NCBI GenBank assembly: GCA_004764695.1
Contig: SMSO01000007.1
Span: 1-64,000 of the forward strand
Reading direction: 5' to 3'
DNA: 64,000 nt
Source: Schizochytrium sp. TIO01
Taxonomy: Eukaryota > Protista > Bigyra: Labyrinthulomycetes
Part shown: one piece after another, positions 45,182-57,102 of the stretch
Numbering within the stretch: the stretch's first letter is position 1
How the letters are laid out: every line of letters begins with the position of its first letter
Position numbers and translations under genes: made by a program
Notes under the pieces: generated by a model
Database searches by the model: none
What the model saw: only the letters and a program-made list of their open reading frames with translations
What the model was told of the DNA's origin: nothing

Positions 45182-47104
45182 CTAAGTTGCGGGGTCTGCG
45201 CTGCCAGAGCTTTGCCTGGCCAATATATGGATTAGAAAATCCATTTGGGGTGACGCTCGTGCGGCCTCTCGAATGTTTTTCTCTTGAATCGTACAAGCAG
45301 TGGATTTCCCGAAAAATTCTCGCGTTAAAGTTGTAAGGTGAGTGACAAACATAGCACATGCTTTATCAATAACGAGGACCGCATCATGAGTGCGTCGCTG
45401 ACCTGAGCTCGTCAGCTGCATGATTTTTTTGCACCTATTTAATGGAAAGTATGGCGGCTTTGTACAATCCAGCTCTTCGGACATCACTGAATTGCTTGCA
45501 ATCGTTAAGACTTTCTCAAGAATAATTGGCCTAGCAGGGTATGTAAAGTAGATTACACCCAATGGATTTTCCACTGGGCGATCTGAGACCACGGTGGTCT
45601 CTGTGGAGCCAGCTTGCACGTCGAATTCTATGTTCTGGAGTTCGGGGTTACCTTGATTTTTCTCGTTTTGATCAAAACTATTTGCATCACCTAACTTTGT
45701 AAACTTTTCAGACCGCTTTGTCTCTACACTCCTCATACTGATTTCCTGCCTTTGTTGGCTCTCGCTGATAGAGTTGGAAATACATAACGAAGGGTCTTCT
45801 ATTCTGCATGTCTCTTCATTCTCGTTGATTTCAAGGCACCCTTCAATCTTCTCCCTACCAAAAGCTTCATTCTCACTTGCCCTGGGCGATCTTGAATATG
45901 CTGCCGCGTTTGATTCATATCGCTGATGCAACTGCAAGCAAGCCTCTGAAATAAATGAATGGGATGCTGTGGCTGAGGTCGACAGCTCATCGCTAGGCGC
46001 TACAGTATTTTCTTTGTACAAATTTACCTCAACGTTCGTGATCTCTTGCATCCGTTGGGTTGGTTCACTCACCGATCCGAGTGGCATGTTGAAAGTAAGC
46101 TTCCCCCCTTGCTGTAACGTTTGATCTTTCCACGTGTGTTCGTTGTATTTTGCAGGGTGTTTCTGTTCAACCCAGTCTTGATGAGTTTGATCATATCCTT
46201 GTTGGTTATGATCTTGTAAAGGTTGTTGAAAGCGAGTGCATTGTTCTTGTATACATCGTCGCCGATGATTTTTGAATTGATCATGCTGCAAGGAGTCATT
46301 ATACAAGAGACCATCATCACGGACAGGAGCAGCTACCGACCAACTCCGGGATTCGTGTGAAGCACAAATGCACTCGGATGGTAGTGCAGATGATCTGTAG
46401 TTCATGCGCAAACCTTGCGAGCCTTGAGATTGTTGCGGGGATGAACACAGGACCATATGCTGTTCTGAGCTTGTGTGAAAGTCTATCGAGTTACTCTGTC
46501 GAAAGTCATTGTCATCAAGGTCGAATAGGCTAAATGTCGTACAATCCTCAAACTTTGCAGATTCGTCATAGCGCGATAAACCACTACGAAATTCATCATG
46601 ATTCAAAATACTTGAATCTGATGAAGAACTAGGGAAAGAATGTCCCACCGGAGAGAGTTGCATAGCAACTTGAAGTATGTCGCTTTCAACTTGATTGTTA
46701 TAAGACTCAACGGGAGTGATTCTCAAATTAACGCTACTTGTGGACCGATGTACATCTGATGATTGTACTGCACCTGGCTGACAGAAAAGTGGCGAGGAGC
46801 AAACAGGTGATCTGTGGTTGATCTCTAAGCTCACCTGCTCTCTGTAGCCTCTTGACGGTTGCGTATTTAGCACAACGCTACAAGCATCTCGTGGAGACCT
46901 CAATAAAGTTTTGTGATTTACTGGGTCAACGCTTTGATGCTCCCAATTAGCCAGCCTTTCAGGGCCCGGGCTTGGCGTGTAGGATATGTCCACTTCGTCG
47001 ACCGGGGACTCCTTCCTGCAGCTCGATCCATCCGATATGGTCTCGGATGGTTCATTTAATTCATTCATTCTAAACTGCGTCTTCCTTGGAGAGTTGCCCG
47101 GCAT
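45182..47104 (-). CDS. Protein with C-terminal NF-YC/CHRAC-like histone fold
   Basis: FPLNRCKKIMQ...AVLVIDKACAMFVTHLT...TIQEKNIREAA...MDFLIHIL. First ATG is at 47104 (the ORF track starts at a TTG). Confidence 0.8.
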   Translation of the reverse strand: MPGNSPRKTQFRMNELNEPSETISDGSSCRKESPVDEVDISYTPSPGPERLANWEHQSVDPVNHKTLLRSPRDACSVVLNTQPSRGYREQVSLEINHRSPVCSSPLFCQPGAVQSSDVHRSTSSVNLRITPVESYNNQVESDILQVAMQLSPVGHSFPSSSSDSSILNHDEFRSGLSRYDESAKFEDCTTFSLFDLDDNDFRQSNSIDFHTSSEQHMVLCSSPQQSQGSQGLRMNYRSSALPSECICASHESRSWSVAAPVRDDGLLYNDSLQHDQFKNHRRRCIQEQCTRFQQPLQDHNQQGYDQTHQDWVEQKHPAKYNEHTWKDQTLQQGGKLTFNMPLGSVSEPTQRMQEITNVEVNLYKENTVAPSDELSTSATASHSFISEACLQLHQRYESNAAAYSRSPRASENEAFGREKIEGCLEINENEETCRIEDPSLCISNSISESQQRQEISMRSVETKRSEKFTKLGDANSFDQNEKNQGNPELQNIEFDVQAGSTETTVVSDRPVENPLGVIYFTYPARPIILEKVLTIASNSVMSEELDCTKPPYFPLNRCKKIMQLTSSGQRRTHDAVLVIDKACAMFVTHLTTLTREFFGKSTACTIQEKNIREAARASPQMDFLIHILARQSSGSADPAT

Positions 47105-49138
47105 GGGCTTCTTGCTGTTCAAAAGAGCACCTCAAAACCTATGCTCGAATAGTATCCCCGCTCGCAGCTGATGCTTGTGGCGCCACCGCAAAACAGTTAC
47201 TGTTTCGCGATGTACTCTGCCTATTTTCACTTTTCTGATTCTATTTATCTCTGCTAATTCTACGGTACATTGCCAATTTCATTTATTAAAGTTTCTGCTG
47301 AATCTTCCTACTGCATCTTACTATGGGTTTGTGGTTAATAGATGTCTTAAATATGAATGACCCTAGGAAATCCCAGAGCGTTTAAAAAACCTACCAACCT
47401 ACTTACCTGTACGTATAAGTATTTCAGGGGTTTTGTATATATTACTTCCCTATTAGGCTCAATGACAGAATAATGGTTTATAGCTTATACTGTGTCTGGT
47501 ACTATAAAGTACTATAAATTATGTGATTGTGCCTTCACATTCTCACTAGTCAGAGACACTTAAATCTCTGTTTTTAAACTTGATTAAAAACCTCAAGCTA
47601 TAACAACCATTCAGTTCATATGGAGCCTCCAAGCAGTAGGGTAGTAGTAAGCAATCAGACTGCAGAATCGAGACTCTTCAACAGGCTCCCTTAATGTCCG
47701 AATGAATGAATCTAAGTGCCTATATTATGACAAGGTGTACGAATAATTGGACTCGATCCGCATATTCCTGGGCTTTTCAATAGACAAAGACGTCATTGTT
47801 CTATCTAATTAAACGAGCAACGATAAATTGAAGAAAAGTCTAGCTTTATAAAAGTGATCCTACCTACACGATTGTTGAGATTACAATTTAGTTATACTGG
47901 TAGTTGGTAATTTTGCATTATATTTACCTCAATAAGAAAAACTATGTACTAATCTGACCTGAGGTAGGCGAACTTCTTCAGATCGATTACAAGAGGAATT
48001 TGCATGCTCACGAGTCACAAAATTATACCTGCACGATTGACGGGGTAAGGTTAAATTATCTTTTGAAGCATCAATCCGGGTTACGGTTCTAGGAAATGTA
48101 TAAGCACATTTCTGGTTTCTAACTTCTCAACCATGGAAGTCTGGTTGTCTAGTTCTGTTCTATTGCACGCCCTATATCCATGAGATCCTAGCAAGGGATG
48201 ATCAGAACTATAGTAATGTCTTGTCCACAAGTTCCTTCATTGGAGATCTCAGCAGCCGCCGATATACTACATTTGGGCTTATGATTGCTTCTACTGCTCT
48301 TCAAAGCAAGCGAGGTCTGGCCCGTAGGTCTGAAACGGTATACGGGGATGGAGTCTGAATTTCCTTTTCAAAGGTCCTTCCAAGCAACGGTGCACACGAG
48401 CTTTCCCAGACCCTGTTTTTCTTTCTTTTTAAATTCTCCTCGATAATAAATGCTTGTGGTGTAGGGCGAACCATATTCTAACGGCGCAACGGGGAATCGG
48501 AGCATTTAAGCATACTTCATCAGCGGACATATAACCCACTACATTGGAGATTAGGGTTCATATACGAGTCGCCTCCTGACACAAGGTAACATGTTATGAG
48601 TACTGACGCAATAACATATAGCGCACAGGCTTAAACAATGCTATATCATGACTTCCTACTTACTGAGATCTTCAATCAGAAAGCTGAGATTGCTTGTGTA
48701 GATATCTCATAGTGAGAACACGAAAATTTTCGGCTCCATCAAGCCCTGCAAATACCCCTCGCAACAGTTGCTTATACATTTTAAGTGAAGCAGCTTCCTG
48801 GGTATTAATATCGAAGTTGAGCTATGATAATGTAAGCAATTTCTTATATGAATGAAGGGGAGAAGGGAATTAGCTATTTTCAAGTTCCAATATGTACTTT
48901 ATGTCTTGTTGTACTATGGTCAATATATATATTTTCAGCCCTAGGCCCTCCTGTCTTGCCACGCTAAAGAATTGCTCGGTACATCTTGATGCCGATTATT
49001 CTCACTCGAAAGGAAGTATACATTAGTTGAACATGAAGAGGTACTAAAACGTATCCAGCATTGGGCATGATCGAAATGTGTTTGCATAGCATTCTCACAT
49101 TTTCGCTAGTCAATTTGTAGTACCATATCATTAAAAGA

Positions 49139-50318
49139 CTATTGTGTTTGGTCTGGATGCTCGATTTTGTCATCAAGGTTTGATTCATCCTTGTTGTTGT
49201 GCTCATCAGCCGCAGCTCCAGAGGTTTTCTGCGATGAGTGTTCATTCTTATTCACCATATCTTTACTTATCCCTGCTCCTCCTACCCCAAGCTCACTTTC
49301 ATTTGCAATGTTCTCTTGCTCAGAATCAACGGCCTCACTATGACCATTATTGCTGACATTGTCATCCTCCTCTTCCTCCTCCTCATCACTTTCTTCATTA
49401 TCGCCCCCATTTTCGTCTTCGTTATCAGTCTCACCAACTTCTACTTCTTTGGCAAGCTGCTCCTTGAGTTTTTTACGTCGTTCACGACGATGCTCCAAAG
49501 CCTTTCTTTGCCAGAACTCCTTTGCAAATTTTATACTGGCAGAGATAAATCCAAATATAAACAGAACAAGTTGAATTTGGCAGTAATGGAACTGCATAGG
49601 CGCTTCATCCAGCTGTTTGTTGCAAGGTTTATAAATGCAAGTTAGTTCACTCTCCGTACTATAGACATCAAATCTGAACATTATGAGGAAACTTACGCAT
49701 GCAGAACCTCCTAGCTCCATTAAAATGCCGCCAACAATGTATACAATTACAGAGGCAAATGCGATCATTCCAAACGCAACTTTCAGTGGCTTGGTCCGAG
49801 AATGAAATGGGATTGGCCCCATCAGCATCCATGAATATAGAAACAAATATACGTACGCAATAGCAAAAGTCAACCCAACAAAAACTGAAAGACATATCGT
49901 CGTAAACCCCGAATGCTAGAACGTCAGCTTCTCTAACTTCTCATTGTTATTTATCCTGTGATCTAGTTTCCATGCAATCGCTTTAATGATCCAAGCGGTT
50001 CTTTTTATCAGATACATGAAAGCTACTAATAAACGTACTTCCTAAAGGTTGACTCGAACAGCGCACTCCTGCTCGATGTACAAAAGGTCCTGAGAGAACC
50101 GTCCACAATGCCATGATTGCAGGCCCTACACCAAGCACATAAAGATTGTAAGCCCAATATATTTCACGTTCACGATGTTCCTTTGCGTTTTGAGTCTCCA
50201 CTTCTCTTTGGCGGATTTGCTCTGCCTCTTGCGCAGCAAGCTTTTCTGCCTCTTTGCGTTCCATTTCCTCCAACGATATGAAAACTCCGCCGCCATCGTC
50301 CTCACGAGAGACCCCCAT
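49139..50318 (-). CDS. Spliced membrane protein (about 4 TM segments) with acidic C-terminal tail, unknown function
   Basis: Predicted exons 50039-50318, 49697-49884 and 49139-49612. Intron 1 GTACGT...TTTCAG (phase 1) gives QPLGIFVGLTF; intron 2 GTAAGT...CTAAC...ACAG (84 nt, phase 0) gives GGSAC/LDEAP. Start codon uncertain. Confidence 0.65.
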
Positions 50319-51511
50319 GGTCCCCTCAAGATTCCTGGTTTTGTTCTTTACGAACTCAAGCACATTCAAGTTTTGCTGCTTTGTCTGTTTTCATGTATAC
50401 ATAGAGACACGAATTATTCAAATATATGTATTGTTGCTGCAAAGCTTCTTCTCTGAGCTGAGAGAACAACCCCAGATACCGCTGCTATTATGCTTTCCTC
50501 TACCCCAAATAAGTCTGCATGGAACTTTCGTCCTGGCTTGCTCTTTGCACAAAGTTAAAACTTAATGCCACAAGTTCACGACAGTGCAGAGCAGTGCTTG
50601 CAATTTGCTAAATTTCGACCTTATTAGCAAAAAGCTATTCCATCACCTTGGTTGTGCATCCTGTTGAGCCAAAGCAATGTCAAACGCAATAAATTAACTA
50701 CGACGCACGATTCCAGTAGGTAGGTAGGTAGGTAGGTACGTGGGTACCTACCCTCATGGCCTTTTTACTACCATAGCAATTTCTCTCAACGGTACTTCGA
50801 GTCTCCTCGTGCTCAAACGGTTTATCAAGCCCAATAGCCCACTTATCACTTTCTCTCCTCCCTCTTTTCAAGTTGCTGATAATAAGTCCCTACTTATCGT
50901 TAACTGATAGGACGTAATAACTTCACTTTTAGGAACTCTGAAACGGCCATTTCCTGGAGTGCGTGCGACAGGCTGCGCTCCTGGTTCCGCTGCTGGCCAA
51001 GCACAAGACATGCAGAGTGCTCGGGCGAGAGCAAAGACGCTCGTGCATAAAGCGGAGGCCCCTCGGACCGAGTCCGTGCTGTGTTCTAAGTAGCCGTTGC
51101 CGTGGAAGGTCTAGCTAGATCAATCAAGTCTTTTTGGAGTTCTCGGGGCATCTTGCCAAAACTTGGCAAAGCTAACTGGATAGAAACACCTTCAAATACT
51201 TTCTTGCTGTGATTGGCAGAGGCAGGCTCGAGGAAGAGAACATCGCTTGCTTTACCCCCCCGCAAAGACGGAAAGACCTGATAATTTGCTCGCGAATCCT
51301 CACTCCCTGTGTGGTGGGTGTTTGACGCTGCGCTAAAAGCTTATAGATAGTCTCGATTTCGCTTTTATCATAACAAGGATAGTATAGCTCACAAGCTAGA
51401 AAACGTGGGGTTCTTCTTTTTAAAGTCATTCAGATTGGCGATTCGTTGAGACTTGATTTGCACGAGTCAATCAACCTAATTTCATTTTGTTTGTGAATTT
51501 GTCACCCTATA

Positions 51512-54500
51512 ATGGTTGGTACAACATCCAAAGTTGCAAGTGGCGGTAGTGCGGTGGGTCATCAAAATTCTGGTTCTCTCGCACAAGGATCTATCTCTGG
51601 TGGCGCTAGCCGCTTTGGAAATCGTACCAAGAAGAAAAATGGACTTGGCGGTGGCCCTAGCGCAATGTTCTCTGGTAGCAGGCTGTCAGGGGGGAGCAGC
51701 ATGCGAGGCTCAAGTGGAGCTGGCGCTGTACAAACTGGTGGTGCTATTCGCGTTCTCGTAGAGGGCCAAGATCTTACCCCTCTTTCGTTGCTCAACGATC
51801 ATGAAAGCCTCGCGGTGCGGAATAGCCCGACTGCGAGCGGAAAAAATCAAAGGGATATTAATGCAAGCCTCAATGGATCAATGATTTTCGCCAGCACAAA
51901 TGGAATTCGCTCTAGCTTTAAAGCTGGTAATGCACCTCTTGGTGTGGATATCCACATTGACAATAACAATGACAGCTTGCATGATTCTTCAGACAGCAAT
52001 ATTAACAGAGACAAGCTCAACAATAGCGGCAGCAACAACGCTAACAACAACAATAACAACAACAATAACAGCGGCGTAAACAGTGGGGGGAAGAACCCAA
52101 ATAAACTTCACTTTGAAACGAAGGAAGATGGTCTTCCAGCAGCACCTCCTGTGCATGGCGAGCGTGAAGAACAACATTTGCATGTATCGACCTCTCCTAT
52201 TGCAAGGAAGTCAGTCGACCCACGTTCGCCGTCACTGCGAGATCAGCGCCAGGTACAGCAAGCAATGGGAGAGCGAGGGCAATTGAACCTCCAGGAGGTG
52301 ATTGTGAAAATGCTAGTTGAGACACCAACAACTACCCTTTTCCAGCTGACTGGGTCGTGTGTCTCTGCGGAGTCTGCTGAACACAAGCTTGTTACAGATC
52401 GTAACCAAAAATATGACGAAATGTGTGAAGGTCGCGAGAGCTCAGACTTGTACACGTCGCGCCCTACACAAACATTAAATCAAGATGTCAAAAACACAGA
52501 AATTTCAACACTGGCCCCTCCAGTTCAGGACTCAGGATGTCAAGTGACATCTTGGGACATCTTTGACAACTCAACTACAACTGCTGCTGGGATGCATGAG
52601 CTTGGTTTGGAAGATGATCTTAACGTAGTAGAGGGTGCCGCAAAAGGAGCAATTCTAGATTCAAATGGGCATAGTATCGGAGATGACATTGGTCAGCCAA
52701 TTGGCATTGGTGCCGCCCAGAGTTCTGATGCAACGCGAACTGAAAGCGCTCCTCTAGGTGATGAGGGCGTCCTAGGTGCCACAATCGCTGCGCAACGACA
52801 CATGCAAATCGAGAAATTAGTGTCGGTAAGCATGGCTTCTCCAGGTTGCTTGCTGCCCATTGAAGAGGCCGGCGCACCTGCGTCTGAGAAAGCAGCTGAA
52901 GGCGGAAAGCAGTCGCCACCGATCATGTCACCAGGTAGTCCAATGTCCCCCAGTCTACAACCGACACAGATTGATGACTCTGAAGGGTTTGTGTCGAATC
53001 AACTCTTAATGGATACTTTACGAACGCTGGAGCGTGGCGTGCAGCAAAATGTATTTCATGAAAAACACATGCTGTATCGTGCTGTACCTTTGGCTGATTC
53101 TGCTTATTTAGAGGAAAAAATGAATGGCGAGACCACAGCTCAACAGAAGCAACTTCTCATGAGCCAGGAGGAGGAAAATGCAGAAGGATCAATTCAGGAT
53201 CTCAATGCAAAGGAAGGTATGGAGGACGAGGAGGAAGCCTCAGGCGAGGCTGAGTCTTCCGAAGAGCAGCAAAACGGTAAGGACAAGAACCAAAAGCAGG
53301 CGCAGGTTTCCCCAGAAACGGTTCCCACTTCTGGAGAAGATGCGCAATCCCCAGAGGCTACGACTACTGCTACATCTACTACTATTGATTCTGCTCGAGA
53401 AGGTAATAAAAATACCCTTATGATGGGAAATTCGGAGTACACGGTTGATGGTGAGGAGGAAGAGGAAGAGGAGTCCATTATCGAAAATCCCGCATTACAG
53501 CTGTTGTGGAAGTTTCAATGCCCAGAAACACAGGGTCGTACGGTGTCGAGTATGTCTTGGAATAGACTCAACGAGGATCTTCTTGCTGTGGCCTATTGTG
53601 AGTTTGACTTTGATGCTCAACAAGATGGTGGGTTGATCTTACTGTGGACACTCAAGAACCCAGAATATCCTGAGAGAATCATTCGCTGCGATGCAGGAGT
53701 CTGCAGTGTTGACTTCTCAGGCGAGAACCCAAGCCTCTTAGCAGCTGGTATGTACGATGGTACTGTGGCAATTTACGATTTGCACCGTGAGGGTCCGAAC
53801 GCTGATAAGCCCGTTCTGGACAGCTCACGTCTTGCGACCCAGCATAACGACGCTGTATGGCAAGTTAAATGGGTTAATAAAAATGAGCGGGGAGAGGTCC
53901 TGGTATCTCTCAGCTCCGATGGACGTGTTACGGAATGGTATTTGAAGAAGGGATTAGCTAGCACTGACCTTATGGTTCTCAAAAGAGTACATGTTCCCAC
54001 AGAATTGGGTGGACATGGAGAAGGTATCATTTCTCGTACTGCGTCGGGCCTAAGTTTGGATTTCCCTGCAAATGGGTCTGGTATTTACTATGTCGGTACG
54101 GAGGATGGTACTTTGCACCGATGCTCATGCAGCTACAATGAACAGTACCTTGAGACGTACTTTGGACACTGTGGTCCTGTGTACAAATTGAGATGCTCCC
54201 CTTTCTGGCAAGAAGCGTTCCTCACATGTTCAGCTGATTGGTCGATTAAACTTTGGGAGCCCGAGCACGACCAAGCCCTCTTGCAGTTTCAATCAGTTGA
54301 TTTGGCGGATGTTGTCTACGATGTGGCCTGGTCGACATCACAATCCACCGTATTTGGTTCTGTGGCAGGAGATGGTCGCATAGAAATTTGGGACTTGTCC
54401 AAAAATACATTAGATCCTGTAATTACAGGTTTCATTGATGATAGTGCTGAGCGAAGAGCCATGCTTCGGCGCAGTAACTCTGTGTCCGCTGTGCCTCCAC

Positions 54501-54796
54501 CAGACCCTCCGACGGCATCTTTGGAGCATTCCAAGACAAAGCAACAGAAGCAGCAACATCAGGATCAACGGTCAAAAGGAGACCATGCCCGTGCAGCTTC
54601 TTCTGGCCATCGTGGAGATGGGGGGAGTTTCTTCTCTAGCATTGCATTCGCTGGAAATGTGCCCATTGTCGTTGCTGGAGCATCAAATGGAGCTATCAAT
54701 GTATACCGCATTCGAGGACTTGATCAGACGCACACCTCTGCACAGGATGCCGCAGAGGTCCTGCGCACTATTGTCTATCAAAATCAGCAAAAGTAA
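51512..54796 (+). CDS. DNAI4: Axonemal dynein intermediate chain, WDR78/IC138 family (WD40)
   Basis: LERGVQQN, LLWKF...VSSMSWN...DLLAVAY, WTLKNPEYPER, GTEDGTLHRCSCSYNEQYLETYFGH and FLTCSADWSIKLW motifs. Confidence 0.88.
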   Translation: MVGTTSKVASGGSAVGHQNSGSLAQGSISGGASRFGNRTKKKNGLGGGPSAMFSGSRLSGGSSMRGSSGAGAVQTGGAIRVLVEGQDLTPLSLLNDHESLAVRNSPTASGKNQRDINASLNGSMIFASTNGIRSSFKAGNAPLGVDIHIDNNNDSLHDSSDSNINRDKLNNSGSNNANNNNNNNNNSGVNSGGKNPNKLHFETKEDGLPAAPPVHGEREEQHLHVSTSPIARKSVDPRSPSLRDQRQVQQAMGERGQLNLQEVIVKMLVETPTTTLFQLTGSCVSAESAEHKLVTDRNQKYDEMCEGRESSDLYTSRPTQTLNQDVKNTEISTLAPPVQDSGCQVTSWDIFDNSTTTAAGMHELGLEDDLNVVEGAAKGAILDSNGHSIGDDIGQPIGIGAAQSSDATRTESAPLGDEGVLGATIAAQRHMQIEKLVSVSMASPGCLLPIEEAGAPASEKAAEGGKQSPPIMSPGSPMSPSLQPTQIDDSEGFVSNQLLMDTLRTLERGVQQNVFHEKHMLYRAVPLADSAYLEEKMNGETTAQQKQLLMSQEEENAEGSIQDLNAKEGMEDEEEASGEAESSEEQQNGKDKNQKQAQVSPETVPTSGEDAQSPEATTTATSTTIDSAREGNKNTLMMGNSEYTVDGEEEEEEESIIENPALQLLWKFQCPETQGRTVSSMSWNRLNEDLLAVAYCEFDFDAQQDGGLILLWTLKNPEYPERIIRCDAGVCSVDFSGENPSLLAAGMYDGTVAIYDLHREGPNADKPVLDSSRLATQHNDAVWQVKWVNKNERGEVLVSLSSDGRVTEWYLKKGLASTDLMVLKRVHVPTELGGHGEGIISRTASGLSLDFPANGSGIYYVGTEDGTLHRCSCSYNEQYLETYFGHCGPVYKLRCSPFWQEAFLTCSADWSIKLWEPEHDQALLQFQSVDLADVVYDVAWSTSQSTVFGSVAGDGRIEIWDLSKNTLDPVITGFIDDSAERRAMLRRSNSVSAVPPPDPPTASLEHSKTKQQKQQHQDQRSKGDHARAASSGHRGDGGSFFSSIAFAGNVPIVVAGASNGAINVYRIRGLDQTHTSAQDAAEVLRTIVYQNQQK

Positions 54797-55764
54797 TGCT
54801 CGGACATGATTTTGAAATTTTGGCATGATGTCATTTTTGTAATGCAATTATAGAATCCCATTTGCTGTTTTGATGATACGCTCCTTCTCTTTATATCATG
54901 ATTCCAGCATCCATACTTGCAAACCCCTATGAGGTACTTTTTTTCTCTCCAAAAACCATAAACCTAAATAACATCATTAGAAAGAATCTAATCCAACGTG
55001 CAGTGGATGAAGCAATCCAATTGCAAGACATCACGATCTAGTTTGTTTAAGGTAACGCGAATCATCATTATAATGTTTATTTTCATCCTGCAAGACTGCA
55101 AACGGCCTTGATGACGTCCCACATCAGCGAAATAATAGGTTCAATTTATAGACCTGGTCTTGAAGCATCATCGAGGTTGTATGTGACATACCTGGATATG
55201 TTGAATTGTTGGAAACTAGAAATCAAACTTGGAATTCCGCACAATTGTAAACAATTTTTCTGTAGGCTCAAAAAGTTGTGAGTGTTCGCACCAGCAGAAC
55301 ATAGTTTGATTTCAACTTAAATAACTTTTGAGAATGACTGCTGATGTCCGGAAAAATCCAGGGATACACAGAAAGAACGGCCTGGGGTAGTTACACCTTG
55401 AAACTAGCACCAATCTATTAGGTTCTGTCCATCTGAGATCCAGAGCATCCACGTTACTAGTACTAAGTAATACTATGCTTCGACGAAATAAATACCTAGA
55501 TGCCTACCATCCGAGGAAGAACCAAATACGTAGGTGTTCCTATCTAGGCAAACATATTTGTCTTTAAAAGTGCCCAGCTGGTTCCGACGATACGATGAAT
55601 ATCTCTTTGCTTCTCTCAAGCATAGTGAAGAATAAGTCGCGAGGGAGGGCTTAGATCGATAAAGTGTGCCTTACTCTGCAGATTGAATAGTTTTTGTTGC
55701 TGTTGTACTTGCTATTTTTACATATGCTAGTTTTGGAAAAGAAAACAGGCTAACGATGATTACT

Positions 55765-57102
55765 CTACGATTGTGTATCAGTATTTGTCAATTTAGGTTC
55801 TGCAACGAGGTATCGGAGCAGCAGAGCGACGTTGTGTACGCTGAGGCTATTGCCTAACAAGGCATATCGTTGTCGTAAACTTGACTCCGGGTGAAAGGCA
55901 AAGTCTTCAGGAAAGCCAAGCAATCTGGCAATTTCATGAGGCATAAAATAGCGAAGCTTTAGGGACTCCAAGGTAGGGCAGCCACCTCGTTCCTCAACCA
56001 CTTGTTTCCAATTAGGCTTGTTGGGTTCCGCAGCTTCGATGATAGCATTGCGTTCTGTAAAGAATTTTTCGTAGACTTGTTGGATTTCTTGAGCAGACAA
56101 GTCGTTGCAGATGACTGACCCTGCACCGCCATGAAAATAGGCATATGATTTGGTAAAGCAGCTAGAGCGCAGACTAGAGGGTGTAATAACGTCAAAATAA
56201 TTTCCGGCTTTCCACAGAACAACAGGGTCGATGCCAAATGTAGCGCGGTCTTCGTCACTCATGTTGTGTTCAAGGAAGTCACGAACTGGGCAAAGAGCGC
56301 CACTTTCACGCGGTATAATGTTATCTCCTGAAACGCCAGCATCACTGAGAATTGATTTCAGGATCGAACCTTGATCAACCCAGAAGATGTGCTCTTGAGC
56401 GTTGTCTGTTTGCGCTTGGCGACGTTCAGGGTCAGTTTCAGTTTCTTGAATGACCTGATTTGTCCACTGCGGAATCGCAAAAGAGGAATTTCTCTTGGCC
56501 AGGACAAATAAACGTGGACGTGAGTTTGGGATACCCAACATGTGAGGCGACAACACAATGGCTTGCCAGGTGAACCCTCGAGCGTCAAACATTGCGGTAA
56601 GCTTTTCAAAAGACTCTGAATTCTCGAAGCCAAGAACGTTTTCAAGCAAGAGTAAGCGTGGGAGGAAGTCATCATCGTTTTGCATGCGCTCAATAAGATG
56701 GTGTAGGGACCAGGCGCGACGATCTTCCTGTCCACTACGATCTGGTGCCTGAGAGTGCTTTTTCTGTTTCCTACGTGAGTATGGTTGGCAAGGAGGGGAC
56801 ATGATGAAGAGGTCGGCATGGCAGAGCTCGTCATATTCCACGCCAAGTTCTGGTTTTAAAAACAGAATGTTCCGGCGGCTCACCTTTGGTGATTTCCAAT
56901 AGTGTTCATATGTCGCCTGGGCGTGTTCGCTCATGTCAAATGCTCTGACTACGTTAAATTTATCGTTTGATTCATCTCGGGATTCGGTGATACTTGAATT
57001 CTTTGAGTGAATGCTTTGGCCGTCATCTTGTGTTGCTTCTAATGCGAGTTTGAGGGCTGCGTGGTGGCCTCCAATACCACTGTAGAACTCCACCACTCGC
57101 AT
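55765..57102 (-). CDS. TRDMT1: tRNA (cytosine-38) C5-methyltransferase, DNMT2
   Basis: MRVVEFYSGIGG, MSPPCQP, LENVLGFE, GIPNSRPR, the DNMT2-diagnostic CFTKSY, LRYF..EIARLLGFP and GNSL. First ATG is at 57102. Confidence 0.93.
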   Translation of the reverse strand: MRVVEFYSGIGGHHAALKLALEATQDDGQSIHSKNSSITESRDESNDKFNVVRAFDMSEHAQATYEHYWKSPKVSRRNILFLKPELGVEYDELCHADLFIMSPPCQPYSRRKQKKHSQAPDRSGQEDRRAWSLHHLIERMQNDDDFLPRLLLLENVLGFENSESFEKLTAMFDARGFTWQAIVLSPHMLGIPNSRPRLFVLAKRNSSFAIPQWTNQVIQETETDPERRQAQTDNAQEHIFWVDQGSILKSILSDAGVSGDNIIPRESGALCPVRDFLEHNMSDEDRATFGIDPVVLWKAGNYFDVITPSSLRSSCFTKSYAYFHGGAGSVICNDLSAQEIQQVYEKFFTERNAIIEAAEPNKPNWKQVVEERGGCPTLESLKLRYFMPHEIARLLGFPEDFAFHPESSLRQRYALLGNSLSVHNVALLLRYLVAEPKLTNTDTQS